A program made the translations under genes and the position numbers. 64,000 nt of DNA from Octopus vulgaris (lineage: Eukaryota): positions 22,816,001 to 22,880,000 of the forward strand of contig OX597834.1 in assembly GCA_951406725.2 (NCBI GenBank), given 5' to 3'. A model generated the notes under the pieces. That model had not been told where the DNA came from, did no database searches, and was given only the letters and a program-made list of their open reading frames with translations. Of this stretch, positions 13,201 to 25,914 are shown in pieces; the stretch's first letter is position 1, and each line of letters begins with the position of its first letter.

Positions 13201-13495
13201 TTTTAAAAGGCGGAGATAAAGAATACGCTTACTTGCGAAAGTGAAAAATACGTACGCCCGGTTTTAGGAATGTTTGGGTTTTTGTTAGACCGAAAACGGG
13301 TGGAGTACGCATTCTTTACCTCTGCTTTGGCGTTAGGAAGGGCTTCTGGCTTCCCAGATCCCCGGTCGAACCGTCCAACCCATGCTAGCATGGAGAACGG
13401 ACGTTAAATGATGATGATGATGCCCATTCACGTTTTCGAAGGTAACCCTAAGTGTAAACACGGGGTGTGCGTATTCTGTACCTTCGACTTTTAAA
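13201..13495. mobile_element. MITE-like element interrupted by a retro-repeat fragment (13330-13422)
   Basis: Imperfect terminal inverted repeats ttttaaaaggcggagataaagaatacgc / gcgtattctgtaccttcgacttttaaaa; related inverted piece at 16853-16957. Confidence 0.5.
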
Positions 13496-13779
13496 AATTG
13501 GAATTTAGAAACAGATAATTTGGATAACTTTACAATAACATAGTTTTATTGTTCGCCCTCTTGTTGATATTGAAATGCGTTTAAAATACGAGCTATTAAT
13601 CAATCAATGCAGGTATAGTTCTTTCTAATCAGCACAAGGCCAGAAATTGCATGTATATGTGAGAAGTGGATTGTATTGACCCCAGTGCTTGAGTGTTACT
13701 TCATTTTATTAACCCTGGAACAACGAAAGGCAAAGTTGACTTCAGTGGGATTTGAACTCGGCGAGATAACACAAGGTAC

Positions 13780-13945
13780 ATTCCAGCCACTTTTTGAAGT
13801 CCAATAGAAAGCCTGCAAAGTGAAGGTGTCCTGGACCCTTGTTACAGCCTCATTCATCTTCAAAGCGACTGTCCCTGATGTTCTTCAGCTTAGCGAACAA
13901 AATGTCAAAAGGAGCTAGGCCTGGACCATAGGAATGGTGAAAGTG
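13780..13945 (-). mobile_element. Mariner transposase C-terminal fragment
   Basis: HHSYGPGLAPFDILFAKLK resembles the mariner HPPYSPDLAPxDF motif. Confidence 0.55.
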
Positions 13946-14699
13946 TTTTGGTGCCTATCTCTGTCAGTTACAAGAACACTTGTCACTGAGCACCCTGGGA
14001 ACAAACTGCCCAAATTTTACATTATATACAGATCTTCATGAATAATTCTGTGCTCAGTTGCCTTATCAACTCCAAACTATGTACTTATTGTCTTTTTTAT
14101 AGACACACGATGATCTTCATCTAGATGTTTTCTCTTGGTATAAAATACAGGATACAGCAAATTTTCTGCTCAATACCACAGATTTACTTGTGACTTACTT
14201 GACCATAGCTGATTGAGCATGTACCTTAGTGCATCTCTGTTCATGAGCAGTAGTGGGGGAGCATCAAAGCCAAGTGTTGAGAGGAATTCTTTGGGGTTTC
14301 AATAATTCACTGCTGTAAACATGGGTATTTCATTCACTCTCCTTAAACAACCCTTATTCAGGCACCTTTGTAGTAGTATGGGCTACTCGACCTGAAGAAA
14401 ATTCTAACTAACTCCACCTGCAAGTTGAAGCCCAGTTAGAATTTTTATGCACTGTTTACCTTGATATGAGGTCACCATATTGCATAAATTTGGTTGTGAT
14501 GCATATGCTTCATGTACCCTTATCAGATGAGTATAATGGTTATACTGGGCTTCATATATTTGTACCCCAGCATTTCCCAACCATGTTAAGAACTTATCCG
14601 AAGTTGTTTGACAGACTTCATACCCCATCTTTTTGTATGGCTCAGTGTATGAACTGAGCACATTATGACCTAGGCTCAAAACATATCTTATCAGTTCAC

Positions 14700-15728
14700 C
14701 ATTAAGTGAAACCGCTCTCTCTCTCTCTAGCAACTGAATTACATCATCTGTGACTTCATTTGCCTGTGTATTTTGTTGAATTTGATGTAATCTTTCTTCT
14801 GTTCTCCTGCTTTAAAACCTATAAATTCATAGATACAGTTTGGCTGTATGTTTTCTCAAGCAACTTTCATGATTGAGGATTTCATTTTATCCTATAACTT
14901 ATTTACATCACCATCAAATTTGAATTCTTCCCAGAGGTCTCTAACTTCAGTTTTATCCTCCTCATTAAGCTATCAAAATAATATGCCTTGTAGTTAGCTA
15001 TCCATCAATTGTTTGGAGCAAAGATGTGTTTTTGAGAAATTGTACTTTGTCTTATCAAAAAAATGATTATATGAGTTTATTAAGTGGCTTTGTGCATTGT
15101 GTAAAAGGAGTAATACTTAGTTGGAAAATTGTGCCTGGCATTGCGCTTCTCTATAAAGTGTGCAAACCTGTCTCGGTAATGGTTTGTGGCCAGCCAACCA
15201 TGTTTGAACACTAAATCACAGATATATTAATCTTATGAAAGCCTTTAAAAGATGTTGGATTTTAGTAAGCATTATGAAATAAAAGCACCATAACTAAGTG
15301 CTTTAATTTCATATTACTACATTTTCTTCCACAATTAGCATCAGGGGATGTTTTTGAAGTGTTAAAGCCTGGTTCTAATTTTCTCTCTACTCAAAAGTCC
15401 AGGCAGAAAAACACACCCTGGGGGGAAAAAAATCAACTTTCATTACTTATTCTTGTGTATAGAATATTTAGAACCGTCATTTTCGCCAGTTCTTCAGGAT
15501 GTTTTATAGCAATCTCCGGATTGACAGTGATAGCTTCAGTAGTCATTTTAACGTTGTGCAAATGAAGGCATCTCTTAAAACTTTCAAACCAAATTTTGTT
15601 AATGAGAAGATGCATCTTCCTTTTCTCTGAAAATCACTGAACAAACTATTGGCTTTCGGTTGAATGGCCATTGTGTTTATTGGTAGTACATTAAATTCAG
15701 TCAAATCATTGATCCAACGTAATCTTTT
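14700..15728 (-). mobile_element. Decayed pogo/Tigger-family transposase, truncated at the mariner insertion site
   Basis: WINDLTE..PINTMAIQPKANSLF (CENP-B-type HTH), WFESFKRCLHLHNVKM, LLLLHNAQSH, TSLLQ..ANYKAYY, VRDLWEEF; many stops. Confidence 0.7.
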
Positions 15729-15730
15729 TA

Positions 15731-16272
15731 CGTGGTGTGATCAATAAGCAACATGACCGTTGTCATGGTAACGAAGATAAAGCACGCAGAGTGAAGCCGC
15801 TCGGCACCTGAGAGACTTTACAATCTGCTGTGCATGCGCACTAAGTTTTTACGTTCTAGCCCACTTCCGTTGTTTACAGTAGTTCTTGGGAATCTTAAGT
15901 GTTTAGCGTGTATTTGTCGCATTAACCATGTCAGAGAAAGTCGAGCAGAGAATCTGCATCAAATTTTGCCAAAGGCTTGGCGATACCTGCCTAGAGACCT
16001 ACGCAAAGTTGCAGATAGTTTACGGAGAGGAGTGTATGAGCCGCACACAAGTCTACGATTGGTACAGACGTTTCCAATATGGCCGGAGAAGTGTGGATAG
16101 TGACGAACGGTCAGGGAGACCCGCAACCAGCAGAACGAATAAAAACATCGCAGATGTGCTTGAAGCTTTGAAGAGAAATCGAAAAATCACCATCCGTAAG
16201 TTATCAAAGGACGTGAACATTAGTTACGGTTCGGTTCAGTCCATTATCACTGAAGATTTGGATATAAAACGC
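15731..16272 (+). mobile_element. Left part of a mariner element (TIR, 5' UTR, HTH-coding region)
   Basis: TA|CGTGGTGTGATCAATAAG terminus; translation EQRICIKFC..VYGEECMSRTQVYDWYRRF..DERSGRP. Confidence 0.85.
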
Positions 16273-16473
16273 GAGCCTGCGAAAGTCGCTAAAATGTCTG
16301 GTACTGTGAAAAACAAACCGGCGACACCTAAGAAGGCAGCATTAAAGTCTGCCAACTCTCCCGCAAAATCCAGTGTAGTCAAACCCGAAGAAGCCAGCGA
16401 AGAAAGTGGAGAAGCAGAAACCCGTCAAGAAACTAACAGCGAAGAAAGCTACCAAAAAGTAAATGACTTTTGA
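15928..16473 (+). CDS. Chimeric ORF: mariner bipartite HTH (aa 1-115), H1-derived basic tail (aa 116-153) and frameshift-derived acidic tail
   Basis: Uninterrupted ATG-to-TGA ORF whose 3' part aligns to H1 9110-9311; expression unknown. Confidence 0.6.
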   Translation: MSEKVEQRICIKFCQRLGDTCLETYAKLQIVYGEECMSRTQVYDWYRRFQYGRRSVDSDERSGRPATSRTNKNIADVLEALKRNRKITIRKLSKDVNISYGSVQSIITEDLDIKREPAKVAKMSGTVKNKPATPKKAALKSANSPAKSSVVKPEEASEESGEAETRQETNSEESYQKVNDF

Positions 16474-18559
16474 GAAGCTTTTAAAGGGCCATGAACTAGT
16501 TTTGATTGTATATGAATCGACTTCAATACGCGATTTTGTATGAGCTCGTTTTTTAGATCATTCTTCCGTATTGTCTTGGATAATCGTTAGCTATAATGGT
16601 TTTTGTGGGGAAATGGCGACAAGGACCGTGGAAGCTTTTCGTTGGTCATCCCTAAGGTTTGCAAGATATTTTTGAATATCCTATATTTGTGGTTGGAAAG
16701 CTAGATGAAATAAGTCCCCAATTTAGTTTTACACTTTTATAATACAAAATCGATAGTTTCATAACTGAATACACATGCGATGGCTATGAGGGAGTTATGA
16801 TACTAGGACTGAAAAAAGATTAGATTTTATCGCTATCTGCACCTTGGAAAACGGACGGAGGTAAAGAATACGTACACCACTCGTTTTTGGCGTAACAAAT
16901 ACTCAAATCCTAACCAGCGGGTGTACGTGTTCTTCACTTTCGCCGGGAAACGTATTTCTGCCAAATTTCATTTAACGTCTTGACGACAATAACTGCATTT
17001 AGATGCTCCGGTGGCTTCGCCGCTTAACTTGAAACGTTCACGAAATTGTTGATTTTAAAATATTTGCTGGCAGCTTCGAATCGCCTTTTTATTTGTAAAT
17101 TTAACACTCGTCTCTTTTGAAAATTCATATAAATCTCCGTATTTGTAAAACAGCTGTTCAAATATTTTCATAATTTGCCTGTGCAATATGTTACTGAATG
17201 AGTGAGAGGGTAGGGACTTATTTTCTAAGACGAAGCTGCTAATGGGTCAATAAATTCATACAACCCCGATCGGCGGATAACATTCCTACACTTATATTTT
17301 CCGTAAAATTTTTTATATTTCTTTACTCTTCTTTGGAAGGCGACCATTTACTTTGAACAGCAGAAATTGCAAGACAAGAATTGAAAAAGCGACATTTGCT
17401 TTGAAGTAATGTATGGACGTGTGCGTGCTTGTGAACGAGAAAGTGTGAGTGAGTGAAGGTGTGTTGTATTTTTTTTCTTTTTGCATATATGTGTAAGTGG
17501 CACTCGCTCTCTCTCTCTCACACACATCATCTTTCATATGCACGTATATATATATATCAATACATATACATACATCTCTTTTGTATGTGTGTGTGTGAGA
17601 GAGAGAGCGAGTAAAGGTGTGTTGTCATGCATGTATGTGAAAGAGGCACTCACTCTCTTTTACTTGTTTCAGTCATTTGACTGCGGTCATGCTGGAGCAA
17701 CACCTTTAGTCGAAGAAATCGACCCCAGGACTTATTCTTTGTAAGCCTAGTACTTATTCTGTCGGTCTCTTTCACACACATACATACGTCCATTTCATAT
17801 ACACAAACATACATCTTTCACTTTCTCCTCTATTTCAACTTCCTGCTGTCACTTCAAAGCAAATATCGTCTTCTCATTTTCTCCTCACTTTAAAGAAATA
17901 TAAAAAAACTTTACAGAAATTAACAAACAAAACAGTTGTGATTTTGGACAAGTCTGCAGCTACAACTGAAAGATTGCCAAAATTTAATGCATTTAAGTAC
18001 CATGTGAGTTAAAAGTAGAATAATTTATTCATTCAAGGATGAGACATTTAAAATGGAGGTGAAAGTACACCAGTTTCAGATGACTGTCCCATATACCTTA
18101 ACAGGAAAAGTTATGGAACAAAGAACATAAGTATTAAAAATTGAAATTTTGAAAAACATTCTCCATTTTATTTATTCTTTTTTGTTTTCAGAATTGTTAT
18201 CTTTGTTGGAATATTAAGAAATGAAAAAAAAAAGCTAAGTCATTTAAACTCGAATATAAATGATCAAAGCCTGGCAGTTCGCACTGTGGTTGCCAACGAA
18301 GACAGGGTTTTTATAATTGTGTAAATTAACTTGCGTTTAAATACCGTAAGAGCAGTTTATTTATTCATGGTTGAGATATTTAATGTAAAGGGGGAGTTTC
18401 AAATTAAGAGACCCATACTGGAAGGGAACAAGGGTAAAAATATGATCCCCAGAAATATTTTTTTAAAAAATGAAAGAAGAAAAATAAGAACTTATTCAAA
18501 CGAGATTGAATAAGCTTTTTTTCCTTATTCAAGGGCATGGTTGCCCTCCCTAACACCAC

Positions 18560-18620
18560 CAGTTATGGCACATAAATACACGAACATAGGTTGTCAAGCT
18601 GTGATGGCGGGGACAAACAG

Positions 18621-18655
<35 letters not shown>

Positions 18656-18805
18656 CCATGGGCTTCTTTCAGTTTCTGTATATCAAATCCAATCACAAGG
18701 CTTTGGTCAACCCAATGCTATACTAGAAGACACTTGTCCAAGGTGGCATGCAGTGTGACTGAACCTGGAACCATGTGATTCAGAACCAAGCTTCTTACCA
18801 CACAG
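18560..18805 (-). mobile_element. tRNA-derived SINE, diverged copy
   Basis: Reverse-complement match to the 26476-26858 family. Confidence 0.7.
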
Positions 18806-19107
18806 CTAAACCATATAAAAGAATTCAACATGTGCAACCGTTAATCCAGACAATTTTTTTTCTCTCCTCATTTCTTTCTGAGCAAGAGCACAGGCTCAAA
18901 GCATCAAAAACTCTTCCCTTTCTCTTGAGTGTCAAACTACTACACTTTGTTTGCTCTTCCCTCAACTGTTTCTGTCTTTTGTACAATTTTTGAACCATGT
19001 GTATGTATGTATGTGTATATATTTCGCTCAGGCTTTGCAAGACTAATAGCCTGGTGTAGAGCTCAATGTTCATATGCTTCTGAACGAAGTGTTAGTTGAG
19101 TAATAAG

Positions 19108-19417
19108 AAAAGAGATGACAAAGGAATAAATGATTATATTATGAACTTCATTAGGTTACAGTGGTTTCTGCTATGAGATGCTGTGAAGTCATAGCTGAGT
19201 GCCTGAGTAACACCTTGTAGCTTCATCAGAGCCTCAGAGATGAAGTGCAGTTTATTTGGGAAAACAACAGAAAAATTTACACTTCATATTTGAGGGTCTG
19301 ATGAAGTTATAAGGTGTTACTCAGGCACTCAACTATGAGTCAACTGCATTTTATAACTGAAACAGCTGTAAGCTAATGAGGTTAATAAGATAATTGTTTA
19401 TATCTTTGTTCTCTTTT
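19108..19417. repeat. Imperfect ~310-bp palindrome with hammerhead-like motifs (Penelope-type)
   Basis: Arms ~19108-19250 and ~19275-19417; CTGATGA...GAAACAGCTGTA in the right arm. Confidence 0.7.
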
Positions 19418-20181
19418 ATATATATATATATACATATTATACACACACACACGAGTGAGTGATGGAATGAAGTACTCGACACATTTGACAGGAGATAGAT
19501 ATGTATTATGATACACTTAATATAGGTGTATCATTGAAAAGCAGCATCTAGTTTCCATCCTAGAAAAATGCTTTTATAGTTATGTGTTAAAAACAATACA
19601 GTATACCTCAGTGTTATTCAGATAACTTTGTTGAATGTAATGCTTATCTATTAATATAGCATCTACCTTGTGGCTTTGAGGTCTGTGATGTGGTTGTTTA
19701 TTTTTAGAATGACATTGTAGGGTAGGTGTGTGAAGCTGGACAGTCACCTTGCATATAAAACAGAATGTTTTGGACTGGATGTGGCCAGTTTAAATACTAA
19801 TGGGTTAGTGAAAAGCACTACTTTAATTTTTACATTGCGGAGTGTTGTTGCACTTAAAAATTCCAAATTAAGATGTCTGTCAATGAACACATTTTGAAGT
19901 TGAAAAATTCTTTGTCAAAAATTTGTTCTTGTGTTTTGTTGCCAGTCATAGAATAAACTAAAGGAAATTGTACTTGTCACAACTTGATTGAAAGGTTAGT
20001 TTTGCTAGTGTTGAGCTTGATGTGGGAGATTACAATTCTGTTGCTTATGTAGGAGTCCTTATTTCTTGACACTTCAGTGCAGTTTCTGTGAGGATGGACA
20101 ACTTCATTTCTTGTTCCATTACGTGTCTTGCTGTCAAGGAATATTGCTTAAAAGTGCAATAACACCTTGCTTTAGAGTTAA

Positions 20182-20384
20182 CTCTTTTCATACCAACCTA
20201 CCTGAGACCAGCCCTGGTTTTTGGATACAGATTTCTTGTTTGAAGGGATGTACATTAAAAGCTTCCATCAAAATTTCATGGTAAATTAATGTTCCAAACA
20301 CCAGTTTCAGAAGGAAAGTTATTTTACTAAATTCTCATTTTAAAAATTAATTAAAACAAAGGCAAAAACATGGTAACATAAGGT
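20182..20384. mobile_element. piggyBac-like MITE, diverged
   Basis: TTAA flanks; similar to 54584-54789. Confidence 0.5.
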
Positions 20385-21890
20385 TTAAGCCTGATGGAAT
20401 AAACAGCCTCAATAATACCCATCCTGCCTGTATTTCTTCCACCAAAATTTCGGTTTAATTTATGTTCCAAACACCAGCTTAGGATGGATGAAGTTATTTG
20501 CAAAATTTATAGAAACAAAAGCTGTGTATTTCAATAGAATTATGATATAAAAGTTAACTGATGGTGTAGAAATAGTGGTGTCAGGATGGACATTCAAGGT
20601 ATGAGGTGGATAGACGTGAATGTGAGAGAAGGGTCCAGGAGCCTGGATGTTATGAGTATGGGGGAGTGAAAGATGGGTGAGGGGTGGTAAGTGACCACTG
20701 TAAAGATTGAATTGGGTTAGAGGGGTGGATGAGGTAGATGACCCACGGGGCAAAGCAACAGAAAAATGATGATACAGTATGACACATACCTATTATTTAG
20801 AACTTCGTGTGTAGTTTTGTATACAAGGTGCATGAGGTATTTGAAAACATCATTTGATGTCCATTTTCCATACTGGCATGGGTTGGACAAGAGCTGCATC
20901 AGGCTTAAATTGTCTGTTTTGATATGGTTTCTACAGCTGGATGCCCTTTCTTATTCCAAGCACTTTAAAGACTGTACTGTGTGCTTTTAATTAAACAGTT
21001 CTAACCTAGCAAAAACCAAATGTATCTTCATAAAAATTTGTGCTCATATTCTTGATAAACCTTCTTAAGAGGTTATTCTATGAATCCACCTTGACTACTT
21101 CAGTCTGTGACTAGAATCGTCAACTTGCCTTCACTAAATGGTCCTTATCTACTGAGTCTTCACAAATACACTTCACACCTTGTCCAAGTGTTCTATTGCT
21201 AAGTTCCACAGTTGAAAACATCAAAATACAAAGAGAAAAAATGAAAACAGACTTTATTCCTAAATTATTTAGTTACATCTTGTAAATAATTTATGAACAT
21301 ATTTTCCTATTTTTATGTTTATTTTATGTTTTGCAAGACTACTGATGTGAAATCCTGTGTGGAAACAGATAATATATTTCAGGATGGTAATTTAAAAAAC
21401 ATTTTTATTAGCTTTACCATTGTTTTTATTTTAGTGTCCTTTGCCTGAAATCTTTTGTCACATACCTGTGACCTCTCCAACCCATATCTGCTCCTGATTA
21501 GTCCATTCCGTTTTTCTATCGTGTGTATCCACCAGTTTTGTTTCACTTATATTTTGGAAGAAAAAACCCCATAATTATTAGCATCTCAGTTATAATTTAT
21601 CTCACCAATGTAGTTGTGATTATATAAAATATATTGTGAGGTGAAGGTACACTGTTATATAGTCTTTTCTGTGTCAAAGTGATTTGTAATAAAGGGACAT
21701 TTTTGAGAGAATGATTTACCACCAGTGTCAGTTAAATGGCTTTGCCCCTGTATGAAGATATTTGTGTCTAGTTAAGCTACCTACATGAGAAAACGAATTA
21801 CCTCATATCACAATGATAAGATTTTTCCTGTATGAATACGTTTGTGTCTAGTTAAATTTCTACTCTGTGAGAATGTTTTCCCACAGATAT

Positions 21891-22554
<664 letters not shown>

Positions 22555-23548
22555 CACAGAGATATGGTTTTTCTCCAGTATGTATCCGTCTATGAACAGT
22601 TAATTTACTATTTGAAGAGAATGATTTACCACAAATATCACAGTGATATGGCTTCTCTCCTGTATGAATACGTCTGTGAGTAGTTAAGCTACTGGTCTGA
22701 GAGAATGATTTCTCACAGATATCACAGTGATATGGCTTCTCTCCCGTATGAGTACGTTTGTGTACAGTTAATTGACTATTTCCAAAGAATGATTTACCAC
22801 AGATATCACACTGATGTGGCCTCTCTCCAGCATGAATGCGTTTGTGAGCAGTTATTGAACTTTTATAAGAGAATGATTTACCACAGATATCACAGTCATA
22901 TGGCCTCTCTCCTGTATGAATACGGATGTGTACTGTTAAGTCAGCACTTACAAAGTATGATTTACCACAGACATCACAATGGTATGGCTTCTCACCTGAA
23001 TGAATACGTTTGTGATTAGTTAAGACACTTCCTTCGGAGAATGACTTACCACAGATATCACAATGATATGGCTTCTCGCCTGTATGAATGCTTTTATGAA
23101 AAGTTAAGCGAACTTTTTGAGAGAATGATTTACTGCAAACATCACAGTGATATGGTTTCTCCCCCGTGTGAACGCGTGTGTGCATTGTTAGATGATATTT
23201 CTGAGAGAATGACTTTTTACATGTATTACATTGGTAAGATGTTTTTCTTCTCTCTTTTAACATCCCATTAGTAGTAACATCAATCCTTTCAGACTCTGTT
23301 TCACATTTACCCTGTTTCTCACATAATTCTTCATTTTCCATAGTTATTCTTCTTTCACAATTTGTTATCTTGTTTTGATTTTTGAAATCAAATTACGATA
23401 AATGTAAGCAAACAATGTTTTGCTTTTAGAAGTGTTGAGATGTATTGTAAGATACAGATAAGGAAATGATTTATTCTCACACAGAAATGCTGATAGAACA
23501 GCAGGGACAGGATGAAATATCTATATTTTAGGAAAAAATTTATCAGCA

Positions 23549-23620
23549 GCCAGCCATGAGACTTGAACTCACATCCCTGTGATTACCGGTCAAGTGCTTT
23601 ACCAATTAAGCTAATATTTC
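23549..23620 (-). other. tRNA-like sequence (probable SINE head or pseudo-tRNA) in the ZNF1 5' UTR
   Basis: tagcttaattggtaaagca A box and gagttcaagtctc B box; acceptor stem unpaired. Confidence 0.5.
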
Positions 23621-24264
23621 TACAGCTATATTGCCATCAACTGGAATCTTTGTCAATAGCTGGTGTGACCACATACTCCTTTGCAAATTTTTCAAGTTTT
23701 TATTAGTATGCAAGATTGGATTGTTTTGTATATATTGCAGACTGTGGACGCAGTGAAATTCTGACAGTAATTTCAGTTCAGAGCCAACATTTCATAGGAA
23801 ATCCACCATAGATGTAGATAAAGGGCATTTATTTTCTGTACAATGTCTTCCTCTGGTCTTTAAAAGAAGTTGTTTTCTGGTGGAAGTGAAGTAAAATATT
23901 CTTTTATGCCAGACTTCTGATATTCTGAAACAATACAGAAACAGTGTAAACAATAAGCAATACTTAAAAGTAGAGATTCAATAGTGAGAAATTTCTTTAG
24001 ATAAACTGTTCAATACAAACTTTTACCTGATGAACTGAACTTTAACTTGCAATTAAAAATTACATCATGTAATCTTGGAGGACTATGATGAATAAAAGGG
24101 GGCTGAGGACTGATCCTTGGTGAACCCCTACTTCTACCTGTAATTCTTCCCTATACTCATTGCCAACCCTCACTTTACAGACAGCATCTCTGTACAGCTC
24201 TCACCAACCAATTTTCACATTTATTTTTTGTCTTATTTCAGACATCAGACACCAGCACTTTTTT

Positions 24265-24530
24265 TTAAAGCCTGGTACTTATTTTATTGGTCTCTTTTAC
24301 CAAACCACTAAGTTATGGAGATGTAAACACAGCAACACTGGTTGTCAAGTGGTGATAGGGGAAGACACATATATATAAAGGGCTTCATTTAGTTTCTGCC
24401 TAGCAAATCCACTCACAAGGCTTTGGCCAGCCTAAAGCTTTAGTAGAAGACACTTGCCCAACATGCCATACAGAGGGACTGAACCTGGAACCATGTAGCT
24501 GGGAAGCAAACTTCTTCCCACACAGCCACC
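24265..24530 (-). mobile_element. tRNA-derived SINE in the ZNF1 intron, preceded by an RTE RT fragment (~24075-24200)
   Basis: SINE family match; RT motif VGVHQGSVLSPLLFIIVL. Confidence 0.65.
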
Positions 24531-25532
24531 ATGCCTGAGCTTAGTTTCACAGATTTAGAGACACCCACAAAAGTTTGGACACAATTTATCAGACAGCAAT
24601 ATCCTATCTAATTCTGATATACCAGTTCATTATTAAAAAAAAAAAAATCATTCATTGCCGTTACACTGTCGAGTTTCGGACACGTTTCAGAAATTTCACA
24701 TTCTGAATCATAAACGAAACATCGCCATTATGGCGATCCTTCGGTATATGTCCCGTAAGTGGCTTTGTTTACATTTCTGAAGATAACAGAAACCCTTTTC
24801 TCCCCCCCCCCCATATATATATATATATAAACACTTTCTTGAAATGTATCCGGTACTTCCGGGTCGTATACCGAAGTTATGCCAAAATTATGATTATTTT
24901 GTGATTTATTTAATTTGCTAGCTAGTCGTTGTAGGATCGACTACGCGAGTGCGCGCACCGGGACCACTGTTCTCAAGTAGCACCGAACATGGAATGAAAT
25001 ATATTTATTTATGAACTTTAAACTGAACTTCCTTTGTTTTATAAACCTAACAGAGTGGTGATATGTAAATTAACGAAGGTATAAACCTGATGTAATTAAA
25101 CGAAGGCTGACGTCAGATTTTTCTACTTTCACTTCTGACAGCTAATACCATGACAGTGCCAAAAAAAATATTTACTTTGTGTAAAAAATTATTTATTTTG
25201 TTTAAAAAACAAACACTATTCTTAAATAGTACCCAATGTTGTTTTTTGAGGATTATGAATTTTGGTAGATTAAAAAAAAATTGCAAAACAATTCTGAAAA
25301 GAAATGGCGATTGAATGAAGAAAATAAAAGGAAGGAATATATACCTCGTATAAACTTGAAGTTATCATATGAAAGTCAGTGGTGGTGGGCATGTGTCTCG
25401 ATGACTAGAGGATGACTGTGCTTGTATGTACAGGTATATATAAAACAATAGGTAAATATGACTACTTCCCAATGAAATTAATCTTTAGATGGATGTGATT
25501 CTACTGAAGATAAAATCTTACAGCAAGTCGAA

Positions 25533-25557
25533 GTCAATATCCGGTTGAGCATGCGCA
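25533..25557 (-). promoter_or_regulatory. Conserved ZNF upstream motif, unit 1
   Basis: GTCAATATCCGGTTGAGCATGCGCA, present once per ZNF unit. Confidence 0.75.
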
Positions 25558-25653
25558 TGGTGAACTTCACGGCAGGTTGGTTTAGCAGGCGCTTACGTAT
25601 GCATACGTATACTAACGCTCATACAAACATGCACATATATATATATATATATA

Positions 25654-25914
25654 CAATTGCAGCGTGGAAGGTGTTTATAAGCCATTTAAGAAACACACAA
25701 AACCGTTTGATTCACTTCAACATTTAAATTTAATTTGTCAAAATATTTTCGTCGCTTTGAGACCGCGACCTGTTGCACGAAGTTTTGTCAGTGAACAGGT
25801 CGCAATCTGAAAACGACGAAAATATTTTGACAAATTAAATTTAAATGTTGAAGTGAATCGAACGGTTTTGTGTGTTTCTTAAATGGCTTATAAACACCTT
25901 CCACCCTGCAACTG
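25654..25914. repeat. Near-perfect 260-bp palindrome
   Basis: ~120-bp arms that are reverse complements of each other. Confidence 0.9.

Noticed and set aside
23549-23620. Functional tRNA-Thr(GGT)
   Set aside because: Acceptor stem does not pair and GGT is atypical for eukaryotic Thr tRNAs; more likely repeat-derived
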